64,000 nucleotides of DNA from Algoriphagus sp. (GTDB lineage Bacteria; Bacteroidota; Bacteroidia; Cytophagales; Cyclobacteriaceae): NCBI GenBank assembly GCA_030729785.1, contig JANQWS010000094.1, forward strand, positions 17,984-81,983, written 5' to 3'. The notes beneath the pieces were generated by a model. That model was not told the origin of the DNA, did no database searches, and saw only the letters and a list, made by a program, of their open reading frames with translations. The position numbers and the translations under genes are program-made. Below are positions 31,656 to 40,501 of this stretch, piece by piece (the first letter of the stretch is position 1; each line of letters starts with the position of its first letter).

Positions 31656-32015
31656 CTAATCCCGTACAATTAAGCAGCAATTTTCTTCCAAAAGAACCCA
31701 TCCCAATTCGTAGCAAAATTGAACCGATTGACCATTGGATAGAATACCCTGATGGGTCATGTATCTCAGATTAAATCCCATCACTAACAACTTCTCCTTG
31801 GGGACTTTTACCTGTTTTTTACCCTCTGGAAGTTTAGCAATCAAAATCGACCTATTTCGCTTCAAAATCGCATTGATATTTCGCATCCGCTTATTTTGAA
31901 TGGAATTTTGCTGATTGTTGAAGGTATTTCTACAGCCATCGTCGCAAAACTTCTTATCTGTCCTTCCATGAAGGCCAAGCCCACAGCATAGGCAGAATCT
32001 CTTTTCTGTATACAT
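31656..32015 (-). CDS. Hypothetical Zn-ribbon protein
   Basis: CLCCG...GRTDKKFCDDGCRNTFNN and FCYELG. Confidence 0.75.
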   Translation of the reverse strand: MYTEKRFCLCCGLGLHGRTDKKFCDDGCRNTFNNQQNSIQNKRMRNINAILKRNRSILIAKLPEGKKQVKVPKEKLLVMGFNLRYMTHQGILSNGQSVQFCYELGWVLLEENCCLIVRD

Positions 32016-32098
32016 CGTTCAAAAAGTTAAGGTGAGAGGGAAATAGCTTTCTCTCCATTAAAAAAATATTCCGCTTCAAACTTAGGAAATTGTTATGC

Positions 32099-32710
32099 TT
32101 ACTTCTTTCTTCCTACGAGTCGGACTACTGCAGATTCACCTACATGGTAAAGTCCTTCATTGAGCTGAACAGTTGTTTCTTCGCTAAATTGAATTTCAAA
32201 ATCCGAAAAATCAGCAGTAAGCTCCTCCAACGAAAATAGCATACTCCAATCTTTTGGACCACCTGCACGTTCATTGACTGAATTGAACTCCAAATGACGC
32301 TTAGAAAACCCTTCCAAAACTAAATACCCTCCAGGCTTTAGCATCCGAGCCAATTTCTGATGAAAAATTTTACGGACAGGCTCTGGAAAGTGAGCGTAGA
32401 CCAACACTAAAGCATCAAAAGTCTCTTCCTTTGCATCAAAGTCAGTTACGGAAGTTACAATGTAATCAATTTCAACCCCTTTAGCAGCAGCCAATTGCAA
32501 CGCTTTAGTCCTACCGGCATCACTTTGATCAAATGCAACTACTTCCCAACCACAGCACGCCGCAAAAACTGCATTTCTACCCTCTCCCTCAGCAGGAAAA
32601 AGTGCTTTACCAGGGAGTATTTTTTTGAATTCGCTACTAAAAAATACATTCGGAGCTGTCCCATAAGCATACACTTCCTCCCCATAGCGCGCATTCCAAA
32701 AATCTTTCAT
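32099..32710 (-). CDS. Class I SAM-dependent methyltransferase (TehB/Methyltransf-like)
   Basis: FWNARY..YAYG..PN, AEGEGRNAV, LKPGG; start set at ATG 32710. Confidence 0.88.
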   Translation of the reverse strand: MKDFWNARYGEEVYAYGTAPNVFFSSEFKKILPGKALFPAEGEGRNAVFAACCGWEVVAFDQSDAGRTKALQLAAAKGVEIDYIVTSVTDFDAKEETFDALVLVYAHFPEPVRKIFHQKLARMLKPGGYLVLEGFSKRHLEFNSVNERAGGPKDWSMLFSLEELTADFSDFEIQFSEETTVQLNEGLYHVGESAVVRLVGRKK

Positions 32711-32777
32711 CTTTTTATTTTTTAAAACCCTAGCATCAGCCAATTAATTCCAACAGTTTCTAATTTCTTAACAGTTT

Positions 32778-32810
32778 AAAAAAAGGGGACAACTGTGATG
32801 TGCCCCCTTT
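32778..32810 (-). terminator. Terminator
   Basis: AAAGGGG.CA...TG.CCCCTTT stem with a T-tract on the minus strand. Confidence 0.7.
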
Positions 32811-32827
32811 CCATAGAATCTATTTAC

Positions 32828-34177
32828 TTAGAATTTACGGTATTTTCCGCCCAGGTATTTGTTCGCTTTTCGCTCTGCAAACTTCGCTTTCTTACTATTC
32901 CAATGGAGGGTTTCATTTGGAAAACGCCCAGCAATCACCCCTAGAAGGATGGTCTCGGTCAAGCGCGCAGCATACGAAAATGGAGCGCTACAGTCGCCCT
33001 TCCCTAAGCAGGCGTCCACAAATTGATGGTAATGTTTTTTACTCTCCCCAGCATAATCCTTCACAGGTGCCCCCAAGTTGAAAGGAGTCACATCAAATTT
33101 TTGATACTCCCCGTTCACGATCCATCTTGGCAGTTGCTGGAAGTGAGGTAGCAACAGCCTCCCCTTTTCACCCATAAACATCGCTCCTTGGTCTGGGAGC
33201 TTATCCCCGTTGGGAAGTATTAAATCCTCGTGCTGGTCAGGAGCTCCTGGCCCATCGTACCACACCCACTTCAAGGTATCTGTGGTATACGGCGTTGAAG
33301 GGAATTCGTAGGTTACCACATTGTTTTCTGGAAAACCAAAACCTGTCGGTTTTCTGCATTGATTGACTATGGTCCGAGGCACATCCAATTGGAGTGCATT
33401 GTAAGGGGTATCAAAAATATGAACACCCATATCGCCTAAAGTTCCACAGCCATAATCTAAGAGTTTTCTCCAGTTACCTGGATGATACACCCCTTCCTTA
33501 TAATCACGCACTGGGGCAGTCCCAAGCCATAAATTCCAGTTCAAGTTGCTAGGTACTGCATCTTTTCCATTGGGTTCTTTCCCGTCGTATCCCCAGTTTT
33601 TAGGGGACCAGGCACGTACGGTATGTACTTTACCAATAATCCCAGATTGGATAAGCAGGGTAGCTAGTTTGTAATCGTAAAACGAGTGGACCTGAATTCC
33701 CATTTGGGTAACCAGCTTCTTTTCCTCTGCCATCTTTTTCATGGCTCTTGCTTCGGTTACATGGTGGGTCAATGGTTTTTGACAATAGACTGCCTTGTTC
33801 ATCTCCATGGCCATTAAGGAAGCTGGCGCATGCGTATGATCCGGGGTGGATACTACCACCGCATCGATTTGGTCTTCCATTTCCTTCAAAAGAAGGCGAT
33901 AATCACTGTAAGTCTTTGCTTGCGGATACAAAGAGGTTGCGTTACTTAAAGCATTGGTATCCACGTCACACAAGGCTACCACTTCCACCATGGAATGGCT
34001 AGCAATGGCACGAAGATCTTCCATACCCATGCCTCCCAAACCAATATGCGCAGTGCGAAGTTTGCCATTGGCTTGTGCTTTGGCCAAAAGAGATGGGGCC
34101 AGAGATAAGCTGGCAATACCCAATGCAGACTTTTTGATAAAGTCTCTACGATCGATTACTTGATATTTTTTTTTCAT
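32828..34177 (-). CDS. Tat-exported Gfo/Idh/MocA oxidoreductase
   Basis: Twin-arginine DRRDFIK, IGLGGMG, STPDHTHA, YCQKPL, GDMGVH. Confidence 0.9.
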   Translation of the reverse strand: MKKKYQVIDRRDFIKKSALGIASLSLAPSLLAKAQANGKLRTAHIGLGGMGMEDLRAIASHSMVEVVALCDVDTNALSNATSLYPQAKTYSDYRLLLKEMEDQIDAVVVSTPDHTHAPASLMAMEMNKAVYCQKPLTHHVTEARAMKKMAEEKKLVTQMGIQVHSFYDYKLATLLIQSGIIGKVHTVRAWSPKNWGYDGKEPNGKDAVPSNLNWNLWLGTAPVRDYKEGVYHPGNWRKLLDYGCGTLGDMGVHIFDTPYNALQLDVPRTIVNQCRKPTGFGFPENNVVTYEFPSTPYTTDTLKWVWYDGPGAPDQHEDLILPNGDKLPDQGAMFMGEKGRLLLPHFQQLPRWIVNGEYQKFDVTPFNLGAPVKDYAGESKKHYHQFVDACLGKGDCSAPFSYAARLTETILLGVIAGRFPNETLHWNSKKAKFAERKANKYLGGKYRKF

Positions 34178-34197
34178 GAAAAAAGGATTTCTTGGGT

Positions 34198-34860
34198 TTA
34201 AGGTAATTCTTTGATTAGGATATGACGGAATCGGACCAGGTCTCCATGGCCCAAAAATCCAATATGTCCTCGGCTACGAGCTAGCCCTGGATGTTCTTTC
34301 TTATCTAGCGTACCCGATTGGCTCGCCTCTAGGTAGTTGCCTTCCAATATGACTTCTCCATTCAAAATGACAGTAACAAATGGATGGTTGATGCGTACCT
34401 CCTGCTGATTCCATTCTCCTGTAGGACGTAAATATCCCCGCTTGGCGGGCATTACTCCGTACAAGGACCCGTGGTACTGGTAGGCCTGAAGGCCTGCATA
34501 TTTTTCGGCTTCGTTATCCAAGATTTGGAATTCCTTGCCCACATAGGCTGCATCCCCCTCCAGTGGAGCATGAATTCCTAAGCCATTATTTGCTCCAGGT
34601 GTAAGTTGAAATTCAAACTGCAGGATAAAATTCCCATATTCTTTTTCGGTGTATAAATTTCCACCTCCCCCTCCTTTTGGTTCAATGACAATCATCCCAT
34701 CTTTGACGAGGTAGGAACTTTTATTACCCACCCATCCATTCAAACTTTTCCCATCAAACAAGGGTGAAAATTCGGTTTCCTGTGCCTGCAAAACACCTGC
34801 TGAAAAAATTAACCAGAGAATAAGTAGTAAACGAGAAGTACGTTGGTAGGATGATTTCAT
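34198..34860 (-). CDS. DUF1080 (3-keto-disaccharide hydrolase) domain protein
   Basis: LFDGKSLNGW, NNGLGI, EFQILDN, GEWN, GHIGFLGHG. Start uncertain (34860 or 34908). Confidence 0.85.
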   Translation of the reverse strand: MKSSYQRTSRLLLILWLIFSAGVLQAQETEFSPLFDGKSLNGWVGNKSSYLVKDGMIVIEPKGGGGGNLYTEKEYGNFILQFEFQLTPGANNGLGIHAPLEGDAAYVGKEFQILDNEAEKYAGLQAYQYHGSLYGVMPAKRGYLRPTGEWNQQEVRINHPFVTVILNGEVILEGNYLEASQSGTLDKKEHPGLARSRGHIGFLGHGDLVRFRHILIKELP

Positions 34861-35083
34861 TGCAAAAAAAGCCGAATGGTCTTTTACAAATCTAAAAGAG
34901 TTCTTCATTTTTTCACCTTCTTTTATCAAAAATCAAGGGCATTCTTACCTAATTACAAGTAGAATCCTTCTTGCCTAAGTGCTCACCCAAAAATTTATCT
35001 GCTATTTTTAAAACAGCATCGTCTTCAAAAGCGTTTAGTAAAAGTCTATTAGGTAGCTCCATATTGGAACGAAACCCTTTGTT

Positions 35084-36196
35084 ATGCAAGTTAACTCTCA
35101 CTTAAATTATCCCATGTTTGCTTTAATCACTACGCTTCTCCTTGCCTGTGGCGGGGAAAAAACAAACACTTCAGAAACGAAATACACAGACGAAAAAGTA
35201 GCAGAGAAAAAAGAAATTTTTTCAGCATCACAGCAGATGGCCACTTTTGCAGGAGGTTGTTTTTGGTGTGTAGAAGCTCCTTTTGAAGATTTGGATGGGG
35301 TCCTTTCGGTGGTTTCTGGCTATGCAGGAGGAAAAGAAAAGAATCCAACTTATGGAGATGTCTCGGCAGGTAAAACATCCCACCGAGAATCGGTCCAAAT
35401 CACTTTCGATCCTGAAGTAATCAGTTATGCGGAATTAGTTGATATTTTCTGGCAAACCTATGACCCTACAGATGTTGGTGGGTCATTTTTTGACCGAGGT
35501 AGTCAATACGAATCTGCCATCTTCTACCACAACGACCTACAAAAAAAAGTTGCAGAAGAAAGCAAAAAGCGCCTAGATCAATCCAAGCGATTTTCTAAAC
35601 CTGTGGCTACGCCTATCATTAAGTTTACCAACTTTTATCCTGCCGAAGACTACCATCAGGATTATTACAAAAAAAGTCCTCAAGAGTATTATGCCTACCG
35701 AAGGGGCTCGGGAAGAGATGCTTTCATTCAAAAGCATTGGCCTGAACTTAATGCAAAAAAATACCCTACACCATCCAAAGGAGAACTCAAAAAAAAGTTG
35801 GATGAGTTGCAATACGAAGTGACTATGGAAGGCGCCACTGAATATGCCTTCAATAACGCCTACAACGGAAATAAGGAAGAGGGCATCTACGTTTGCGTGG
35901 TAACCGGCGCTCCATTATTCAGCTCAAAAGATAAATACGAGTCGGGCTCGGGATGGCCTAGCTTCACCAAACCCATCGATGCTCGAATTATTGATAAACC
36001 AGTGGATCGCAGCCTGGGGATGCTTCGCGTAGAAGTGCGTAGCAAACTAGGCAACTCCCACTTAGGACATGTTTTTTACGATGGGCCTGCTCCTACAAGA
36101 TTACGGTATTGCATGAATTCCGCTGCCATGAAGTTTGTTCCAAAATCAGAAATGCAGGCAGCAGGATACGGAGATTACCTTTGGGTGGTAGATTGA
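35084..36196 (+). CDS. msrAB: Bifunctional methionine sulfoxide reductase MsrA-MsrB, lipoprotein
   Basis: Lipobox LLAC, MsrA GGCFWC and AEDYHQ, MsrB SGWPSF, HLGHVF, RYCMNS. Confidence 0.92.
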   Translation: MQVNSHLNYPMFALITTLLLACGGEKTNTSETKYTDEKVAEKKEIFSASQQMATFAGGCFWCVEAPFEDLDGVLSVVSGYAGGKEKNPTYGDVSAGKTSHRESVQITFDPEVISYAELVDIFWQTYDPTDVGGSFFDRGSQYESAIFYHNDLQKKVAEESKKRLDQSKRFSKPVATPIIKFTNFYPAEDYHQDYYKKSPQEYYAYRRGSGRDAFIQKHWPELNAKKYPTPSKGELKKKLDELQYEVTMEGATEYAFNNAYNGNKEEGIYVCVVTGAPLFSSKDKYESGSGWPSFTKPIDARIIDKPVDRSLGMLRVEVRSKLGNSHLGHVFYDGPAPTRLRYCMNSAAMKFVPKSEMQAAGYGDYLWVVD

Positions 36197-36215
36197 TTTA
36201 CCCCCTAAAAGGTAA

Positions 36216-36824
36216 TTAACCCATCAATTTTCTAAAAGTCAGGTTGATTCGAGGAGCCAATACCTTCTTGGTTTTGGGAAGCTGGTGTTCCCAATAGTGC
36301 TGACTCTCGCCACCCATTACTAATAAGCTCCCGTCAGAAAGTTCAATACTTAATTTAGGTTCTTTTTTTCCAAAGGGTCGCAGCTGAAAAATTCGTGAGG
36401 CACCAAAAGTTAGCGAGGCAATCGTCGGGTTCTTTCCCAATACGGCCTCATTATCTCTGTGCCAACTCATACTATCTTGCCCATTCCTGTAATAATTGCA
36501 GAGTACATGCGTAAACTCCTGCTGGGTAAAATCCTGTAAGCGATTTTTAATTTGATCCAATTCCTTTGTAAAAGGCAGAGCCTCCATTGCGATCCCTGAA
36601 TACCCGTATGGCACATTAGGATCCCCGTAGAGCGCAGTAAGCCTTGGTTGAAGTATCCATTTTCCAAACATTCGAATAGGCTCCTGACGCCAAGCTATAC
36701 ACTCTTGCAGCACCTTTAAATAATGGATTGCATCCTCCTTTGAGTAGAAATTAGGATGGAAGGTTACCTCTCCCTGAAAAGGAAGCAGGTTGCTTGTTTC
36801 TGAGGATAGAAGAGAATACTGCAT
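36216..36824 (-). CDS. AlkB-family 2OG-Fe(II) dioxygenase (ALKBH2/3-like)
   Basis: QPRLTA, NYYRNGQDSMSWHRD, WEHQLPK, RINLTFR. Confidence 0.9.
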   Translation of the reverse strand: MQYSLLSSETSNLLPFQGEVTFHPNFYSKEDAIHYLKVLQECIAWRQEPIRMFGKWILQPRLTALYGDPNVPYGYSGIAMEALPFTKELDQIKNRLQDFTQQEFTHVLCNYYRNGQDSMSWHRDNEAVLGKNPTIASLTFGASRIFQLRPFGKKEPKLSIELSDGSLLVMGGESQHYWEHQLPKTKKVLAPRINLTFRKLMG

Positions 36825-36897
36825 ACCTGTCAACTTTTCTACCCATACATTGGTTTGAATGGATTGAGATTAGTGTCGGACTAAGAGGAAGTAGGAA

Positions 36898-37329
36898 CTA
36901 CTTAGTTGTCCAATAATCGACCACCGTGACCTTTTCCAAATGTGGACCAAGAAGCCCCGCAAACTCTTGGTGAGCCGGGTGAGGGATATAGGTATCTCGG
37001 TCTGCATCTGAATAAAAAGTAACCGTAAATGCATGGGTTAAACCTTGATTGAGCCCTTCAGGACTAGAATTCACCCCCCATTCAAATCCTTTGATTTCTG
37101 ATATTTTGGAAGGCAATTCATTAAATGCTTTTACAATAAGATCGATGTCTTCTGGAGAGGAAGTTTCTTTGAAACCAAACATAACCACATGACGAAGGAG
37201 TGAATCAGGCATAACATTCTGGGTTAAGGAAAGAGAAGTAGATGAGGTTTCATCGGACGCATTGGTTGTTTCTGCAGGACTACAAGCGTAAAGCAAAACA
37301 AAGGCAAGGAGGAAGAAGCTGTTTTTCAT
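36898..37329 (-). CDS. Dabb family stress-responsive lipoprotein
   Basis: Lipobox LYAC; LRHVVMF, EWGVNSSPEG, THAF, Y.PHPAH; start set at ATG 37329. Confidence 0.85.
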   Translation of the reverse strand: MKNSFFLLAFVLLYACSPAETTNASDETSSTSLSLTQNVMPDSLLRHVVMFGFKETSSPEDIDLIVKAFNELPSKISEIKGFEWGVNSSPEGLNQGLTHAFTVTFYSDADRDTYIPHPAHQEFAGLLGPHLEKVTVVDYWTTK

Positions 37330-37404
37330 AACTGCATTTTTTTGGCAAAATGGAAGGTATTTCTGTCCAATCAAAACTATTCCTAAAATTTTGATGGGAA
37401 TAGT

Positions 37405-37443
37405 AAAAAAAAAATCCCCTAGGAATACATTCACTAGGGGATC
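37405..37443 (-). terminator. Terminator of the cold-shock operon
   Basis: ATCCCCTAG...CTAGGGGAT stem with a ten-T tail on the minus strand. Confidence 0.8.
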
Positions 37444-37462
37444 TTGACTAAGCTAAAAGGGA

Positions 37463-37657
37463 TTATTTAACCACCTTTACATTTACAGCATTAATGCCTT
37501 TTTTTCCTTGTACTAATTCGTACTCAACTTTGTCATTTTCACGGATTTCGTGTACCAAACCAGTGTGGTGAACGAATACGTCCTCACTGTTGTCTGCTGG
37601 TGTAATGAATCCAAAGCCTTTGGTTGTGTTAAAGAATTTTACTGTTCCTTCATTCAT
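37463..37657 (-). CDS. cspA: Cold-shock protein
   Basis: GTVKFFN, RNP1 KGFGFI, RNP2 VFVH. Confidence 0.95.
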   Translation of the reverse strand: MNEGTVKFFNTTKGFGFITPADNSEDVFVHHTGLVHEIRENDKVEYELVQGKKGINAVNVKVVK

Positions 37658-37910
37658 GATTTTTGAAATTTTGATTGTTTTTTACTCGATTTTGATTGGA
37701 CTGATTTGAAATAATTTTTTTCTCTACTGGCGGCTCAGGAGGAGTATCTGAAATATTACCGAATTGATCTACATAAGCGATCATATTATCAAGGCTACCG
37801 TCCTTAGGCTGTGCCTTTCGCTCAAGTTTCTTTTCAAGTTTATCTTTCTGCTTTCTCTTCTTTAGTTCCGCTTTTTGCTTTTTAATAAATGTGTTTTGAT
37901 TTTTTGACAT
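37650..37910 (-). CDS. Small Lys-rich cold-shock-associated protein
   Basis: Basic N-terminus followed by SLDNMIAYVDQFGNISDTPP, a pattern I recall from small proteins next to or fused with CSDs in Bacteroidota. Confidence 0.7.
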   Translation of the reverse strand: MSKNQNTFIKKQKAELKKRKQKDKLEKKLERKAQPKDGSLDNMIAYVDQFGNISDTPPEPPVEKKIISNQSNQNRVKNNQNFKNHE

Positions 37911-37919
37911 GCAATTGGT

Positions 37920-39113
37920 TTAGTTTACAAATGTGATAGCATGGCCTACTTTACCGGCTCTGCCTGTTCTTCCGATTCGATGGATGTATGCATCCATGGT
38001 CATCGGTAGCTGATAATTGATCACATGGCTCACATCAGCTACATCGATCCCCCTAGCAGCAACGTCTGTTGCCACCAACACACGGATCTCCCCATTTTTA
38101 AATTCTTCGATCATTCTATTTCGAAAATTCTGGGACTTATCTCCGTGAATTTGACCGGCCTTAATACCGGCTTGAATTAACTTTTTGGCTAATCTATCTG
38201 CCAATCTTTTGGTTTCAGTGAATAAAATCACCTTTTCCATTTCTGGATTGGCAAATAAATCGGCCAACACCTCAAACTTATCTTGCCCTTCAGGAACACG
38301 AATAGTTTGTTGCTCAATATTTTCGTTTGTCGTAGCTCCGGTAGAAACTTTAACTTCTACTGGATTAGACAAAAGGCCATCGATTAACTTTTTCTGCCCT
38401 GGCTCTAAGGTTGCAGAAAATAGAAGGGTTTGATCTCTAGTCCCAATTCGATTGACTAACTTGTTGACATCGAGTACAAATCCCATATCCAACATACGGT
38501 CAAACTCATCCAATACTAGCGTATTTACTTTTCTGAGATCCAGATTTTTACGATCTGAAAGATCCAATAACCTCCCTGGCGTACCAACAATTACTTGAAG
38601 CTTTCGTGCCAATTTGGGCAAGTCAGAGTTGATATTCGTCCCACCAATAAATGTGGCTGAATACAAACCCATTCCTGCACTTAAACTTTTAAATTCCTCT
38701 TCAATCTGTAGAGCAAGTTCCCGTGTAGGAGTCACCACCAAGGCAGTATAATTTCGAGGATCTTTAAGAGCATGCTCAATTATTGGAATTAAAAAAGCAG
38801 CAGTTTTTCCGGAGCCTGTTTTTGAAATCGCAAGCACATCTCGTCCGTTTAGCAAGGGTTCGATGGATTGTTCCTGAATGGTAGTAAGTGTTTGATACCC
38901 CTTGCCTTCAATGTTCTGAAGTAATTTGGAGGACAAACCGAGCTCCGAAAATCTTTTTTCAGTTCGAAACCCTTCTTGTCCACTTGGCTGAGCTTTTTTT
39001 ACAAAAAGCCTTGGATCAAGGGTAGATTCTTTCTTTTTCACCTGTCTTCGATCGGGGTTTGAACCTCGAGCTGGGGCGGTGGATTTGGTATTTTTCTTTG
39101 TAAATGAATTCAT
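37920..39113 (-). CDS. DEAD-box RNA helicase
   Basis: TGSGKT, PTRELA, TPGR, DEFD, SAT, ARGID, HRIGRTGR. Confidence 0.95.
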   Translation of the reverse strand: MNSFTKKNTKSTAPARGSNPDRRQVKKKESTLDPRLFVKKAQPSGQEGFRTEKRFSELGLSSKLLQNIEGKGYQTLTTIQEQSIEPLLNGRDVLAISKTGSGKTAAFLIPIIEHALKDPRNYTALVVTPTRELALQIEEEFKSLSAGMGLYSATFIGGTNINSDLPKLARKLQVIVGTPGRLLDLSDRKNLDLRKVNTLVLDEFDRMLDMGFVLDVNKLVNRIGTRDQTLLFSATLEPGQKKLIDGLLSNPVEVKVSTGATTNENIEQQTIRVPEGQDKFEVLADLFANPEMEKVILFTETKRLADRLAKKLIQAGIKAGQIHGDKSQNFRNRMIEEFKNGEIRVLVATDVAARGIDVADVSHVINYQLPMTMDAYIHRIGRTGRAGKVGHAITFVN

Positions 39114-39122
39114 GAGTTGGTT

Positions 39123-40223
39123 TTAAGCTTTAACAGGCTGGTATTCGACATGACCTAGTTGGTACAGCATCTTAGCATGGGCCTTCAAAGCATCAAAAAA
39201 TGTCTTTTTAGTGTAGTAAGGTATGTTGTATTCTGCAGCAGTTGCCTTTACAATTGGAGCAATGTTGCGGTAATGTACGTGACAAATATCAGGGAATAAA
39301 TGGTGTTCTACTTGGTAATTCAACCCACCGATCATCCAGGAAAACAAGGGGCTATTTTCAGCATAGTTTGAAGTAGTCGCCAATTGGTGTAACATGCGCT
39401 CCCCTTCTACAATTCCATTTTCATTTGCTTGTGGGAAGGCTACCTCCGGCATGATGTGTGCAGTTTGAAACACTAGGGAGATGCTAAGTCCAGTAATGAA
39501 ATGCAAAAGCACAAAGGCTAGTAAAATGTGGCCAACACCAAAGGGGGAGAAAATAATTGGTAAGCCTAGTATAAAAGCATAGTAGACCAATTTCCAAGCG
39601 ATAATTTTTAAAACGGTATTTCTATACACATGCTTTCCTTTGAACAAACCCATCTTGTAATACCTATCAAAACGGATAAAATCCTTTGATGTAACCCAAG
39701 AAATGGTCGATAAGCCGTAAAAAATCCAAGTATACCAATGCTGGAATTCATGAAGTTTATTTTTGGGAGCATGAGGCGAAAATCGCAGGAAAAATGGCGC
39801 ATTGATATCGTCATCTCCCTCGGGAATATTGGTGTACGAATGATGCAATACATTGTGTTGGATTCTCCAAACGGTCGCATTGGCCCCGACCAAATTGAGT
39901 GTGTAACCCAATAGTTTATTCACCTTGGAATTTTGAGAGTAGGTCCCGTGAATGGCGTCGTGCATAATGCCCATACCAATACCAGCCATTCCTAGACCAC
40001 TTACTACATAACACGCAAATAATTGCCAGGTTTGATCCAATACCCCTGAAACTACTAAAATGATAGGCAGAAAGTATGCTCCCAACATGACAACAGTTTT
40101 AAACTTCATTTCTTGGTTCGCAAATTTTGTTTGCTGCGTAGAAGTGAAGTAGGCATTGACTCTGCTTCGGAGGGTAAGGGAGAATTCAGACAAGGCTGAA
40201 TCAGAAAATCGAATGGTCTTAAT
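39123..40223 (-). CDS. Membrane fatty acid (acyl-CoA) desaturase
   Basis: His boxes HDAIH, HNVLHH, QVEHH. Start is either TTG 40193 or ATT 40223 (see findings). Confidence 0.9.
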   Translation of the reverse strand: MKTIRFSDSALSEFSLTLRSRVNAYFTSTQQTKFANQEMKFKTVVMLGAYFLPIILVVSGVLDQTWQLFACYVVSGLGMAGIGMGIMHDAIHGTYSQNSKVNKLLGYTLNLVGANATVWRIQHNVLHHSYTNIPEGDDDINAPFFLRFSPHAPKNKLHEFQHWYTWIFYGLSTISWVTSKDFIRFDRYYKMGLFKGKHVYRNTVLKIIAWKLVYYAFILGLPIIFSPFGVGHILLAFVLLHFITGLSISLVFQTAHIMPEVAFPQANENGIVEGERMLHQLATTSNYAENSPLFSWMIGGLNYQVEHHLFPDICHVHYRNIAPIVKATAAEYNIPYYTKKTFFDALKAHAKMLYQLGHVEYQPVKA

Positions 40224-40501
40224 GGGGAGATTATTTTGGTAAGTACTAGTAAATCTGGGTTCTCTAAAAGATTGATGACTGCAGGTTTTAACTCAAAAAA
40301 AAGTTCTTTTGTTGAATTAAAAAAGTAGAAGAAAAAGAAGTAAAACCTGTGTTGGAGAACTCTTGATTTGCTACTTGTGGCAGGTGAATCGCCGATGCTT
40401 AACTTGATAACAAGTGTCGAAAACATTTTTCCGACTTACAAATGTGCTCCTTTAAATTCAAAATTCCTAATATTTAAGTCAAAAAGCGGTATTTGTAGGA
40501 T

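Noticed and set aside
32793-32803. TGTGATG as a CRP-like site
   Set aside because: It is the loop of a terminator hairpin and has no matching half-site.
40106-40426. 106-aa minus-strand ORF
   Set aside because: Phe-rich translation of a U-rich leader, out of frame with the desaturase, with no recognisable motif.
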